Assembly (NCBI GenBank): GCA_965223845.1
Contig: CBDCXR010000004.1
Coordinates: 5,760,001 to 5,824,000, forward strand
From: Planctomycetota bacterium
Lineage (GTDB): Bacteria; Planctomycetota; UBA8108; SXIK01
Direction of reading: 5' to 3'
DNA length: 64,000 bases
Part shown: positions 8,201-17,740 of the stretch, piece by piece
How positions within the stretch are numbered: the stretch's first letter is position 1
Layout: the number at the start of each line of letters is the position of its first letter
Made by a program: the position numbers and the translations under genes
Notes under the pieces: model-generated
Told to the model about the DNA's origin: nothing
Seen by the model: the letters and a program-made list of their open reading frames with translations, nothing else
Databases searched by the model: none

Positions 8201-10507
8201 GTCCTCGTCGGTATCGACGAGTCGAGGATCGGAGACGAAACCGTCCGCGCCCGGAAGCGACTCTTCGAGATCGAGAACGCCATCGCCGTCATCATCTGGA
8301 TCGGGCGCATCGGGAACGCCATCGCCGTCGAGATCGTTGTCGATCGCGATTCGCAGTGCGCCGACGAGTCCACGATTGTCGCCGAGGTCGATCGCGATCG
8401 CCGAATAGACCACCTCGATTCCCGGTGCGTCCGGAGTGCGCACCGCCGTCGCGAACGGTGGAATCGAATCGCGGCGAATGAGCTCGCCGTTCGCAAAGAA
8501 CTCGACCGCTTCGACGTACACTCCGTCCGCCGCGATCGCACTCAGTTCCACCGTCGAGCCGGCGACGGCGTAGCGCGCGCTCGGTCGAGCCCGGAGCTCG
8601 CCGTTCGGCGCCACAACGCCACGGTCGCCCCCCGGAAGGACGCGGGTCAGCGCGAACGAACGCGATGCGAGTGCGATGGAGTACTCTTGGGCGGCGTCGA
8701 TCGCGATCGCACCCTCGAGGTTTCCCGTTGGGCTCGCATCGAACTCGAACGTGCCGTCGTCTCGGAGCCGATAGAGCTCGACCTGGCCGAGACGCTGCGC
8801 CGAGTGCCAGAGAAGCTGCGCGCCGCGCACCTTGACAGCGTTGGCGCTGAGTCCGGGTGCGTCGTCGCTCGAGCGATCCACCTCGCGGAGTGCGTCCGGA
8901 TCCGTCGCGTCGAGTGCACGAAGGCCTCCAGTACCGTCGGCGACGTAGACGTAGGGCCCGGTGGCATCGATCGCGCGGAGCTGTCCGGCGCCGCTGAGCG
9001 AGTAACGGTCGCGGCGGACGGGTCCCGAACCGCGAACGTCGATGACGTCGATCCGCCGCGTCGAGGCGATGCCGACGAAGGCGATTTCATCGGCGAGCGC
9101 GAGGTGCGTCCCGTTCGGGATCGCGAAGACCCCCGCCGGCGCGAGATCGCCCACCGAATCTCGGCGATAGAACCGGAGCGCAGTCGTCGAGAGGACGGCG
9201 ACGAGGCCGCCCTGCGCCGCAACCCGAACCGTATCTCCGAGCGAGCCGATCGTTTCCCGCCGGACGAGATTCCCCGGGCTCCGAGCGTCCACGATCTGAA
9301 GGCTGCCGGTCCCGATCGAATAAACCCAGGTTCCGTCGAGCGCGATGTCGCGAAGCGGGGAACCGATCAGCTCGTCGTCTCGGAAGGTCGCGGCGAGGCT
9401 CGTCCGGTCGATGCGGTAGGAGCGCATCCGGCCGGAAGTCATCGCGACGAAAACGTGATCGTCCGATCGCGCGGCGAGCGCGGCGGCATCGGAAGAGAGG
9501 TTCGTTCGCGACGCGAATTCCGGGTCGAACGCCGCGCCGGGGCGGTCGTTCGGATCGTTGCCGTCCGTCGAAGCGAGTGCTTCGGCGCCATCGAGGAAGC
9601 CGTCGGCGTCCGAGTCCGCCCGCGCTGGATCGGTCCCGAAGGTGATCTCGTCGGCATCGCTCAAGAAGTCGTCGTCCGAGTCCTCGTCGTTCGGATCCGA
9701 GCCGTAGTCGAATTCCTCGCGCGCCGAGAGACCGTCGGAGTCCTCGTCGCTGTCGGCGTCGTTCGGGTCGTCCGGATCGAGCCCGTGCCGGATCTCCCAC
9801 TCGTCCGGAAGACCATCGCCATCGGAGTCCCGCTCCGCGTCGACGCTCACGAAAACCTCAGCCGCCGCCGTCGGCGTGAGTGCGTCGACCCACGCACCGC
9901 CGCGGTCGAGAGCGGTCACGACGCCGCTCGGCGCCGCTTCCACGACGGCGGGCGCCGACGAGCGAAACGCGACGTGAGCGGAGAGCTCGAGAAGATCGAT
10001 CCGGCGACCGGCATCGAATCGATCGAGCGACGCCGCCGAAACGGCGAGACCATCGCTCCGACCGGTCCCCGACAGAAAGAGGAGGCCGGACCCGGACGCG
10101 CGGGCGCTCAGCGCGGTAAGGGGGGGAGTGCCGAGACCCGGGCCGGATACGACGATACCGGTCTCGAGCGAGTCGCCGCCGAGGTGAAACGCCTCCGACG
10201 CGAGGAGCGCACTCGCGTAGGTGAGCGCGCCGCCCGACGACGACCCGAGTACGCGGAGCGGCACGTCGATCGGCAGTCCTGCGAGACGAAATCCGTCGCC
10301 TTCGAGCGCAACCGAACGCCGACCCGGGACGCCGACGCGAATCGAGGCCGCCGCCGGAGAGCGCCGCACTCGCCCCGCGGCGAGCGCGTCGAACGGGTTC
10401 GCATCGTCCGGTGCGGCCGGTCGCGGCGCGAGGACGCACAGAAGGAATGCGGAAACGGCCGGACCCCACCATGGGCGGCCCGATCTCTGAAGGCGCGGAA
10501 GTCTCAC
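5213..10507 (-). CDS. large secreted/surface protein with Ig-like, TSP3-like DxDxDG, beta-propeller-like and Gly-rich domains
   Basis: Signal-peptide-like N-terminus from GTG 10507; two blocks of DSDGDG repeats; LVIVD-like strands; two Gly-rich modules (GGAHAGVGG...GGNGGGAV...GAGAGGSI). The ORF extension to 10993 looks non-coding. Confidence 0.85.
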   Translation of the reverse strand: MRLPRLQRSGRPWWGPAVSAFLLCVLAPRPAAPDDANPFDALAAGRVRRSPAAASIRVGVPGRRSVALEGDGFRLAGLPIDVPLRVLGSSSGGALTYASALLASEAFHLGGDSLETGIVVSGPGLGTPPLTALSARASGSGLLFLSGTGRSDGLAVSAASLDRFDAGRRIDLLELSAHVAFRSSAPAVVEAAPSGVVTALDRGGAWVDALTPTAAAEVFVSVDAERDSDGDGLPDEWEIRHGLDPDDPNDADSDEDSDGLSAREEFDYGSDPNDEDSDDDFLSDADEITFGTDPARADSDADGFLDGAEALASTDGNDPNDRPGAAFDPEFASRTNLSSDAAALAARSDDHVFVAMTSGRMRSYRIDRTSLAATFRDDELIGSPLRDIALDGTWVYSIGTGSLQIVDARSPGNLVRRETIGSLGDTVRVAAQGGLVAVLSTTALRFYRRDSVGDLAPAGVFAIPNGTHLALADEIAFVGIASTRRIDVIDVRGSGPVRRDRYSLSGAGQLRAIDATGPYVYVADGTGGLRALDATDPDALREVDRSSDDAPGLSANAVKVRGAQLLWHSAQRLGQVELYRLRDDGTFEFDASPTGNLEGAIAIDAAQEYSIALASRSFALTRVLPGGDRGVVAPNGELRARPSARYAVAGSTVELSAIAADGVYVEAVEFFANGELIRRDSIPPFATAVRTPDAPGIEVVYSAIAIDLGDNRGLVGALRIAIDNDLDGDGVPDAPDPDDDGDGVLDLEESLPGADGFVSDPRLVDTDEDGIDDREESTGGADGFVTDPSLVDTDGDGLRDADEVEITGTHPARADTDGDGTPDGAEDFDGDGLSVARELALGSDPRDPDSDDDGLLDGVEDGLSLDPLRTDSDGDGVPDAEEDSDGDSLSNEFEVAEGTHPGDANTDGDALDDGSELAAGTDPTAATDFAPLSLRFSGRTVLVFAPLRASALRLEGAILTAGRSLGGEFARVELEVDGTLSLDGASRIDVTGRGYRGGARDGRREIGGETAPGLAVGGALSGGAHAGVGGDGESGSAIPVLTAYGRLRDPSSFGAGGAADSALSRGGGNGGGAVKIRAGAFVLEGAIVADGELGDGAGAGAGGSIAVRVERLTGSGFARAEGGSTRRVGSERPGAGSGGRIHVVAAEAPAFDATRWRAAGGVLLDDRDDAARAGSAGTVLVEIGAAAGGELIVDGSGTARDRPGTLALGVESGTIAELGDDFIVQSEGEFPADVVGLEIDANSGDDRLDVVRILAVDGARIETTTGLRGVTEVGATFRGVLRPRELHLRGGGGLWTDDDVELPASDADWSAEDGALRAATLWRGSGPSLTLRDAGFDVRALRPIDGAVFDTVALTDLDLSVRDELACGRLTVERSELIVGGAIVAGDIDLIASRATVPEPSLGQFWPLTVVATGTIFIDAESALDAVAKGYLGGNRGGRAESAGVTSDHRVVEVGGRTGGSHGGLGGYQNDGPGLGRDASPPFGSFAAPVFPGGGGSGRIGSLETAYNGGGVIDLEARTIRIDGRISADGGGVEITERPGGAGAGGSVRISVRTIDGTGEISADGGNVNGFFGAGAGGGGRVAIEYLADDFSGEVHAYGGGLVPAVSKPSSIGGAGTVLWRSRFGRDDLVIDAGGRVAEGFRARLRPVGTGTIVALGERTLEGSFAFPATDSGVADHAVIIADAEAQAIAIVSNDAASLTTAGGIDLRTLGSPGDAYTGAFAVDTLSIVGGAAFSSSGDVIVVDRGGLTVDAASDLDAPRVVER

Positions 10508-10655
10508 GACCAAGTCCAAGTCCAAGTCGACTCGCGAAAACTGGACGAGACGCCGGCGCCCGCGGGCGCGGATTCCGCGTCGCCCGCGCCGTTCCCAACC
10601 CGGCGGTGAATGTACGGCAAAGAACCGCGGAGACCCGGGCCGCGGTTCGGGCTCC

Positions 10656-10664
10656 ATTTTAGCA
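10656..10664 (-). promoter_or_regulatory. extended -10 promoter for the giant surface protein gene
   Basis: Minus strand TGcTAAAAT about 150 nt upstream of GTG 10507, followed by inverted repeat GAACCGCGG...CCGCGGTTC (10622-10648). Confidence 0.55.
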
Positions 10665-10931
10665 CGGAACGCCGCCGCGAACGGTCCCGCGTCGGGCCCG
10701 AAAGCGTGCGTGGAAGTTCTGAGCTCTGTTCGGTCCGGAGTTGTGGAATTCGCCGCGAGTTCGTACGATGCTTCGCCTCGAACGAGAGGATCATCTCGGG
10801 CTGCCGCCGCCTCACCCGCGCGTCGCTCGAGGCGGGCTCTCGACGGGGAAGTGAAGCCTGGTGGCTCCCGCGGGGAGCTTCGAAGAGAAGGAAGAGGGGC
10901 GCGCCCCTGCGGGCGGCGCGCGACGAGCCGT

Positions 10932-13900
10932 ATGGCTAGAGGAGACCGCGGCGGAAACGGCGCCGTACCGTCCAAAGCCGGAGGGCCGCCCAAAATCGGC
11001 GGGCTGGACCTCGGCGAACGCCTCGCGGAAGGACGCTGGGGAGTTCTCCACCGCGCCCGGGAGGGACGTCGAACGGTCGCGGTAAAGGTGTTTCACCCGA
11101 ACGCTCCGGTCGACCGCAATCGACTCGAGAGCTTCGTCGCGAGCGACTCGAGCTCGCTTCGCCATCCGAATCTCATCCCGCTCCATTCGGTCGGGGAGAC
11201 CGACGACGGACGCGTGTTCTGCGCGATGCCACTCCTCGGCGGCGATCCGCTCGACGAGCTGCTGACGGATCTCGACGGCGGCCAGGCGCGCCGACCGTCC
11301 TTGAGCGCCCTCGCCGTCGGTCCGGATGGGGAACGCCATCCCGAAGCGCAGCGCGAGGCCGCGCACTTCATCGCCGAGGCGGCGGCGGGACTCGGCGTGG
11401 CGCATCGCGCGGGCATCGCGCACGGGCGCGTCCATCCGCGGAACCTGATCTTCAGCCCCGGGGGTCGCCTCGTCGTTACGGACTTCGACGGTCTGCCGGA
11501 TTCGAGCGACGATCCCTACCTCGCTCCCGAAGGTCGGCGCGGGGATCCTCCGAGCGCCGCAGGCGACGTGTATTCTCTCGGGAAGATCCTCGAGCATCTT
11601 CTCGGCGGAGCGGACGAGGAGAGTCGCGAGTCGAAAAACGGAGGTGCGCCCACGATCCCCGCTCCGCTTCGCGCATGCGTTCGGAAGGCGACGGCCGGTG
11701 ACCCGGAGAACCGCTACGCCAACGCGAGCGAGTTCGCGGTCGATTTGGAACGCTACCTCGCGCACGACTCACCGCTCGCTCACATCGAAGAGCGGGAGCG
11801 GAACGGAAACGGCGAAACCGAATCGCTCGGCGCTGCGTTCGAGGAAACACTCGGACGCGAGCGCGCCGCACGCGAGCGCGCGAGCGTCGAGCTCGAAGCG
11901 GAACAGCGCCGGCGACGAGCCCTCGAATGCGAGCTCGAGCGCGTCGCAGGCGAACGGCGTCAGCGAGAGCGCCCCGGCGTCGCCGAGCGCGACCGAAAGG
12001 CCGAAGCAGACCAGCGCATTCGCGAGCTCGAGGCGCGCCTCGAGCTCGAAGCGCGGCGACGCACTCGCGCCGAAGGCGAGCTTTCACGCCGCCATGAAGA
12101 GATCGACGCTCTGCTGAGTGAATCCGCAAGCCGCGCCGATAGGGAAGCGAACACGCCGGACACGGCGCGAGAAGCGGACCGTCCCGCCGTGCCGCAGAGA
12201 CGACTCGCGCTCCCACTCGCTGCCTCGCTCGCGGCACTCGCGATTGTCGTCCTCGCCGGCTGGGCGATGGGCGAGCGCGGCCGACGTCAGCGGGGCGAGG
12301 AAAGTGCCCGGGCTGCGCTCGCGGACCTCGAGACGGGAAACGCCGAACGCATCCTCCGTCGCGCGGGCTCTGGACGCGATGATCCGATCTCCACCACGCT
12401 CGGACAGCTCGCCCGGACGAGACTCGTTCGAGACGAGCTCGTCGGTGCCGTTCTCGCCGTCGTCGATGCGAAGCCGGAGACGGCGGTCGAACGCCTCCGC
12501 ACCGGAGCCCGCCACGATGCGTCCGAGCTCAGCTCGCAGCTCGACTCCCTCGCCGAACGCGTCGACGCCGACTCGCGGCGCGATCCCGTAGTGGATGGAC
12601 TCGCGAGCGAAGACCGGACGCGACGACTGGTCGCGCTCACGGAGCTCGCGGCGGACGTGCGCGCGGGACGCCGGGCACCTTCGTCCGCCCTGCTCGCGAT
12701 CGAGGTGGCCGACCCGGCCGATGCGGAGCTCTTCGGCAACGCGCTCGAGACGGCTGCGCTCGCGGGCGAGAGTCTCCCCCTCGTCGAAAAGCTCGGTCTC
12801 GACGGGCGGCCGGTTCACATCAGCTTCGCAGCGTTCCATTGTCTCTTCGATGCGCTCGCGCGAGTCGATGATCGAGCGGCACGCGAGATCATCCGCGCGT
12901 GGGGTCCGCGCGGCGTTCTCGCGCTCGCCAGCGCGCGGAATCAGAAAACCTCAGTCGTCGAGGTCGGCGGTGGGCTCACCGTCGATGTGTCGGCAGAATC
13001 CGACGCCGAGCTCGCAGCGCGGCGCTGGATCGACTGGCTCGCCGACCGCGATCTCGGTGCACTCGTCGATGCGGGGGCGATCTTCGCCGAACACCCGCGC
13101 TACGTCCCGGTTCTGCTCGACGCCATCGCTGGGGTGGGCGTGAGGATCGACGCGCTCGACGCCGCGTCGGTGACGCGCGCGGTGAACTTCGTCGAGCGCA
13201 TTGCGTTCGGGAGTCCCGGCGGGATCGGTGAGTTGGCGATCGAAACGCTCGCTAGCATCGACGCGCGCAAAGCGCTTCGTCGCGTCGCGGCGGAGCCATC
13301 CGCGACGCTCGACGTTCGCGCGGCCGCGCTCGAACGCATCGCCGAGCGGTTCCCTAAGGAGTGCGTCGATGACTTCACCGGGTTCGTCCTTCGGAGTCCT
13401 CACCGCAAGCTTCGCGACATCGCCTTCAGGGCCTTGAGACAACTCTCGACGAAGGAAGCGCTCGCGGTGCTACCGGCTGCGGTGCGCGATCCGGAGCTTC
13501 GCGATGACGCTCTGCGCTGGCTCTCCGAAGTCGAACCGACGCGCTGCGGCGAGCAAGCGATCGAGCTCCTCCGACATCCGAAGGGGCATGTCCGTCGCAT
13601 CGCCTTTTCCGTCCTTTCGCGGATCGACGATCCCGCGATGCTGATTCCGCTCACGGCTCGACTTTTCGACCCCGATCCGGGCGTGCGCGCCGCCGCGCTG
13701 ACGCTGCTCAAGGAGAAAGCACCTCTCCTCGAAAAGCGCGGTACGCCCGAGGCGATCGTTCACACGGCGCACGCCGTGCTCGCGCGCATCGGAAACCCGT
13801 TTCTTTCGAGGCGAGCGGCCGAAGCGGAAGAAGTCACCGTTGCGCACCGCGCCCGCCGGGCGATCGCCGAAGGCTGGCACGAAACCCGAGACGCGATCGT

Positions 13901-14081
13901 CCACGCCGCGACCGAGCAATCCGGTTGGCTGCGCCGACTCGCCACGTCGATCCGCGAGCGCGAGTCCACGGCGAGATCGCCCGAGAGTCGACTCGACGCC
14001 GGAGCCGGCACTGGGGGCGAGACCGAGTCGGAAGCGAGAACGTCGAGCGCGGACGTCAGCGATTCTCCCGGCGAACGCTGA
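10932..14081 (+). CDS. Ser/Thr kinase-like (probable pseudokinase), coiled coil, TM helix, HEAT repeats
   Basis: VAVK, LRHPNLI, YLAPE and DVYSLG present; catalytic loop reads HGRVHPRN and DFG reads DFD; E/R-rich coil; TM LAASLAALAIVVLAGW; HEAT-like DPDPGVRAAAL. Confidence 0.85.
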   Translation: MARGDRGGNGAVPSKAGGPPKIGGLDLGERLAEGRWGVLHRAREGRRTVAVKVFHPNAPVDRNRLESFVASDSSSLRHPNLIPLHSVGETDDGRVFCAMPLLGGDPLDELLTDLDGGQARRPSLSALAVGPDGERHPEAQREAAHFIAEAAAGLGVAHRAGIAHGRVHPRNLIFSPGGRLVVTDFDGLPDSSDDPYLAPEGRRGDPPSAAGDVYSLGKILEHLLGGADEESRESKNGGAPTIPAPLRACVRKATAGDPENRYANASEFAVDLERYLAHDSPLAHIEERERNGNGETESLGAAFEETLGRERAARERASVELEAEQRRRRALECELERVAGERRQRERPGVAERDRKAEADQRIRELEARLELEARRRTRAEGELSRRHEEIDALLSESASRADREANTPDTAREADRPAVPQRRLALPLAASLAALAIVVLAGWAMGERGRRQRGEESARAALADLETGNAERILRRAGSGRDDPISTTLGQLARTRLVRDELVGAVLAVVDAKPETAVERLRTGARHDASELSSQLDSLAERVDADSRRDPVVDGLASEDRTRRLVALTELAADVRAGRRAPSSALLAIEVADPADAELFGNALETAALAGESLPLVEKLGLDGRPVHISFAAFHCLFDALARVDDRAAREIIRAWGPRGVLALASARNQKTSVVEVGGGLTVDVSAESDAELAARRWIDWLADRDLGALVDAGAIFAEHPRYVPVLLDAIAGVGVRIDALDAASVTRAVNFVERIAFGSPGGIGELAIETLASIDARKALRRVAAEPSATLDVRAAALERIAERFPKECVDDFTGFVLRSPHRKLRDIAFRALRQLSTKEALAVLPAAVRDPELRDDALRWLSEVEPTRCGEQAIELLRHPKGHVRRIAFSVLSRIDDPAMLIPLTARLFDPDPGVRAAALTLLKEKAPLLEKRGTPEAIVHTAHAVLARIGNPFLSRRAAEAEEVTVAHRARRAIAEGWHETRDAIVHAATEQSGWLRRLATSIRERESTARSPESRLDAGAGTGGETESEARTSSADVSDSPGER

Positions 14082-14102
14082 GGTACCGTCTCGTCGCCGC
14101 GG

Positions 14103-14108
14103 TAGAAT
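14103..14108 (+). promoter_or_regulatory. -10 element candidate for lspA
   Basis: GG-TAGAAT; the same octamer precedes the genes at 35251 (35181-35186) and 58670 (58516-58521). Confidence 0.45.
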
Positions 14109-14238
14109 CCCAGAGCGCAATCGCTTCTCCGCACGGGAGTCGACGACCTCGGCAGACGGCGATGAGTTTTTCTCGCAAGGGCCGCTTCCCTCGCCGAACT
14201 CCGCGAGGAATCCGGGCCAGCACGAAAGCGACTACCGA

Positions 14239-14853
14239 ATGAACCACCACCAACCGCGCCGGCGCGCGACGCGCGCCTGGCTCGTCTTCATCCTCTGCGG
14301 CGGGCTCATCGCTGCGCTCGACCTGTGGAGCAAGCCGGTCGTGTTCGAGCTACTCGACGTCGTCACGGTCGAGGATCACGGGCGGCCGCGAGTCGCGAGC
14401 CAGAAGCACTTCGTCGTGATCGAAGATCTCTTCTGGCTCGAAGCGAACTACAACTACGGTGCGTTCAGCGGTTGGTTCGGCGGTCACACGAGAGCGCTCG
14501 CGCTGATTTCGGCGCTCGCCCTAATCGTCATCGCGGTCATCTTCGCCGTTCACGCCAGGCAGGCCGCGCGAACGGAGTGGATGTTCGTCGTCTCTCTCGG
14601 CCTCCTCTGGGGCGGTACACTCGGCAATCTCTACGATCGCTGGTTCCTGAGTGGCGTCCGCGACTGGATCCGGTGGTTCGTGGTGATCGACGGAAAGCAC
14701 CACGTGTGGCCGAACTTCAACGTCGCCGACGCGGCGATCGTGAGTGGCGTGGTGCTGCTCGTTCTCCGCGAGATCCGCGCGGCTTGGCTCGCGCGGAAGG
14801 GAACGGAAAAAGAAGCCGACCACCAAGGGCAGGAAGTAACGGGAACGACCTAG
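14239..14853 (+). CDS. lspA: lipoprotein signal peptidase II
   Basis: DLWSK, NYGAFSG, GGTLGNLYDR, VRDWI, WPNFNVAD motifs. Confidence 0.93.
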   Translation: MNHHQPRRRATRAWLVFILCGGLIAALDLWSKPVVFELLDVVTVEDHGRPRVASQKHFVVIEDLFWLEANYNYGAFSGWFGGHTRALALISALALIVIAVIFAVHARQAARTEWMFVVSLGLLWGGTLGNLYDRWFLSGVRDWIRWFVVIDGKHHVWPNFNVADAAIVSGVVLLVLREIRAAWLARKGTEKEADHQGQEVTGTT

Positions 14854-15069
14854 CGAGCGGAGAGGAGAGCGTCTGGACCCGCGTTCGCGTGAGCGCCGAG
14901 TTTCTCGGACGATGCTCGGATTCTCCAAGTTCGCGCCTCGGAGTTTTCCCTCGCGTCTCGGTTTTGATCAACTCCCGGGCCGGACGGCCGCCGAAGACAG
15001 ATGCATCGCGTGCGTGTGCGCGCGCAGCGTTCTCGGAACCGGTGCAGCTCGATCGAACTGTCGTCCCCG

Positions 15070-16596
15070 ATGGGAAGCTCTTCCACTCTGCCAACCGCGC
15101 TGAATCGAGCCGCCCGTTCCGCTCGGCGTCGAACGGGGATCCATCGCGAGATCATCTCCGGATTCGCGGCGATGGTCGCCCTGTGCGCATTGTGCGGCGG
15201 CGTCGGCATGTGGAACGCCGAGGTGATCCGGTCGGAGCTCGACGAGCTCTTCGCGGCTCGACTCCCGCGGATCATCCGCTCGATCGCGATCGACCGCGAC
15301 CTCCACGAGCTCGTCGTCCTCCAGCGCGCGCTTGTCGCCGCCGACGCGACGGAGGGAAGTGAGAACGAGCTCGCGCGAGAGTACACGGAGAAACTCTCGT
15401 CCTTTCGCGCCGCGTGGACGCAGATGCAGCGTACGAATGCGACGGACGACGAGCGCGTCCTCATCGGGAATCACCATCCCGACTACGAGCGCTGGCTCGA
15501 ATTCGCGGATCGTGCCGTCGGCCCGACGTCCGCCGGCTTGGCCCGCTCCGAGCGCGAGCAGTGGCTCGCCCGTGGTCGCGTCCACCTCGACGCGCTGCTC
15601 GACTGCTTTGCGACGCTCGAGCAGAACGCGCGCACCCAGGCACACGATTCACGCCGCCACGGCGAGTCGTCCTACGTCCTCAACTGGTATCTATCGCTTC
15701 TCGTCGTTACGGTCTCGCTCGGCGTCGGCGTCGTGGTCGCGTGGCGCATCACCCGCGGGATTCTGAGCTCTCTTCGCGGAGTCATAGCGCGCGTGCGCAC
15801 GAGCTCGGGTCGAGTCGGATTCAGCTCGACGAGCGTTCTCGCCGCCAATGTATCGATGACCGAAACCGCTGCGTCCCAAGCCGGTCACGTTCAGCACGTC
15901 GCGAGCACGCTCCGCGATCTCGCCGCAGAGAACGCCGGACACTCCCAAGACGCACGACGCGCCGCGAACGAAGCGCGCGCCCGCGCGGAGCGACTGAGCA
16001 TGAACGCCGAAGAAGTCGTTTCCGACCTCACCGATTCGATGGACCAGATCCTCCGCTGCTCCCAACGCATCGAGGGAATCGTCCAGATCATCAACGACAT
16101 CGCGTTTCAGACGAACCTCCTCGCCCTCAACGCGGCGGTCGAAGCAGAGCGCTCCGGCGAGCACGGTCGCGGGTTTCGCGTCGTCGCCGCCGAGGTACGG
16201 GAACTCTCGCAGCGCACGTCCGAGGCCGTTCAAGCGATCTCCGAGCTCGTCACCGAAAACGTTCGCAAGTGCGGCGATGGCTCAAACGTCCTCGAGCGTT
16301 TCGAGTCGACCTTCGCCTCCATGAAGACGGACTCGCGCTCGTCCGCAGACCTCCTCGCCCGCTTGTCGCTGACGTCGCAGGATCAGGCGCACCGCGTCGC
16401 CGAGCTGAACGGGATCCTAGGCGAGATCGAGTCGACGATCACGCTCCACGCGTCCCAGGCACGGGAAGGCGCGTCCACGAGCGAACGCCTATCGGGCGAA
16501 GCGAACGCACTCGTGAAGAGCGTCGAGGAGCTCGAATCACTTCTCGACGACGCTCAGCCCGAAGCCACGCCGACGGCTGTCCGCGCGCGCGGCTGA
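15070..16596 (+). CDS. methyl-accepting chemotaxis protein
   Basis: Two TM helices flanking a helical sensor; signalling tip IINDIAFQTNLLALNAAVEAERSGEHGRGFRVVAAEVRELSQR. Start uncertain (15001 or 15070). Confidence 0.9.
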   Translation: MGSSSTLPTALNRAARSARRRTGIHREIISGFAAMVALCALCGGVGMWNAEVIRSELDELFAARLPRIIRSIAIDRDLHELVVLQRALVAADATEGSENELAREYTEKLSSFRAAWTQMQRTNATDDERVLIGNHHPDYERWLEFADRAVGPTSAGLARSEREQWLARGRVHLDALLDCFATLEQNARTQAHDSRRHGESSYVLNWYLSLLVVTVSLGVGVVVAWRITRGILSSLRGVIARVRTSSGRVGFSSTSVLAANVSMTETAASQAGHVQHVASTLRDLAAENAGHSQDARRAANEARARAERLSMNAEEVVSDLTDSMDQILRCSQRIEGIVQIINDIAFQTNLLALNAAVEAERSGEHGRGFRVVAAEVRELSQRTSEAVQAISELVTENVRKCGDGSNVLERFESTFASMKTDSRSSADLLARLSLTSQDQAHRVAELNGILGEIESTITLHASQAREGASTSERLSGEANALVKSVEELESLLDDAQPEATPTAVRARG

Positions 16597-16603
16597 GGTG
16601 GCG

Positions 16604-17740
16604 TCAATCCACCCACTCGGCGATGAACACGTTCGTATCGCGGGGAGCGTCGTTGTGGCGATTGCTCCCCCAGACGAGAATCTTTCCGTCGGGCGAGAAC
16701 ATCGGAAAGCCGTCGAAGCTCTCGTGGAAGGTGACCCGCTCAGTTTCTCGACTCTCGAGGTCGACGAGGTAGAGATCGAAGTTGCGGCCACGTTCGTCCG
16801 CGAGGTTCGACGCAAAGATGATCTTCTCGCCCGACGGATGAAAAAACGGACAAAAGTTCGCAGCGCCGTTTTCTGTCACCTGGACGAGGTTTCCGCCATC
16901 GGCGTCGACGACGAAGATTTCGAGCTGAGACGGCTCGACCAAACCCCGCGCTAGAAGATCTCGGTACTTCGCGATCGCTTCTTCGCCCTGGGGACGACTC
17001 GCACGGAAGCAGAGTCGTTTGCTGTCCGGCGAGAAGAACGCGCCGCCGTCGTAGCCCAGCTCGTGCGTCACCCGGCGCGGGCTCGAGCCATCGCTTTCCA
17101 TCACGTAAAGGTCGAGGTCGCCATCGCGGACGGAGGTGAACACGATCGACCGGCCGTCGGGCGACACGGTCGCCTCGGCATCGTATCCCGGGGCGTCGGT
17201 GAGCCGGCGGAGGTCACTCCCGTCACGGTTCGCGCTGAAGATGTCGTAGCTCGCGTAGATGGGCCAGACGTACCCTCCCGATCGGGGCGGCGGATCGGGG
17301 CAGTCATCGCCGCCAAGATGGGTCGACGCGTAAATCACCCGCTCGCCGTGAGCGGAGAAGTAGGCGCACGTCGTTCGGCCGCGCCCGGTTGAAACCATGC
17401 GCTTATTGCGGCCGCGGGTGTCCATGACGAAGATCTGGTCGCACTCGAGCTCGCCGTGCGTCGTTTGGTAGACGAGCTCCGTCCCGTCGGGAGAGAAATA
17501 CGCCTCGGCGTTCTCACCGCCGAACGTGAGTTGACGAATGTTCTGGAGATGCTTCTCGCCCGGCTCGGACGGCCGAGCGACGCTCGGGTCGGGCGTCGAG
17601 GGCGAATCGCCGAGCTCGCATCCGGCGGATGTCGCGAGCGCGATGAGGACGCTCGCGGCGAGCGAGCCCACTCGCAGTCTCGCGGACTTCGCCCAACCGG
17701 TGTCTCCCCTTCCTCGGCGCAGCGCTTCTCGATCCATCAC
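16604..17740 (-). CDS. TolB-like PD40/WD40 beta-propeller protein, probable lipoprotein
   Basis: Repeats QLTFGGENAEAYFSPDG, YDAEATVSPDG, YDGGAFFSPD, FDGFPMFSPDG; hydrophobic stretch ending SAGC. Confidence 0.9.
   Translation of the reverse strand: MMDREALRRGRGDTGWAKSARLRVGSLAASVLIALATSAGCELGDSPSTPDPSVARPSEPGEKHLQNIRQLTFGGENAEAYFSPDGTELVYQTTHGELECDQIFVMDTRGRNKRMVSTGRGRTTCAYFSAHGERVIYASTHLGGDDCPDPPPRSGGYVWPIYASYDIFSANRDGSDLRRLTDAPGYDAEATVSPDGRSIVFTSVRDGDLDLYVMESDGSSPRRVTHELGYDGGAFFSPDSKRLCFRASRPQGEEAIAKYRDLLARGLVEPSQLEIFVVDADGGNLVQVTENGAANFCPFFHPSGEKIIFASNLADERGRNFDLYLVDLESRETERVTFHESFDGFPMFSPDGKILVWGSNRHNDAPRDTNVFIAEWVD

Noticed and set aside
7740-8340. Periodic GCCGTC/TCGTC pattern resembling a repeat array
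   Set aside because: It encodes DxDxDG protein repeats; there are no identical repeats with unique spacers, so it is not CRISPR.
6647-10609. 1320 aa plus-strand ORF, and similar long antisense ORFs such as 25611-28145 and 58838-61603
   Set aside because: They mirror real genes on the opposite strand, are Arg/Val-rich and motif-free, as expected from high-GC codon bias.
14960-15000. Sigma28 promoter before the chemoreceptor (TCAA...GCCGAAGA)
   Set aside because: Spacing is 18 nt rather than about 15, and GCCG words are common at this GC content.
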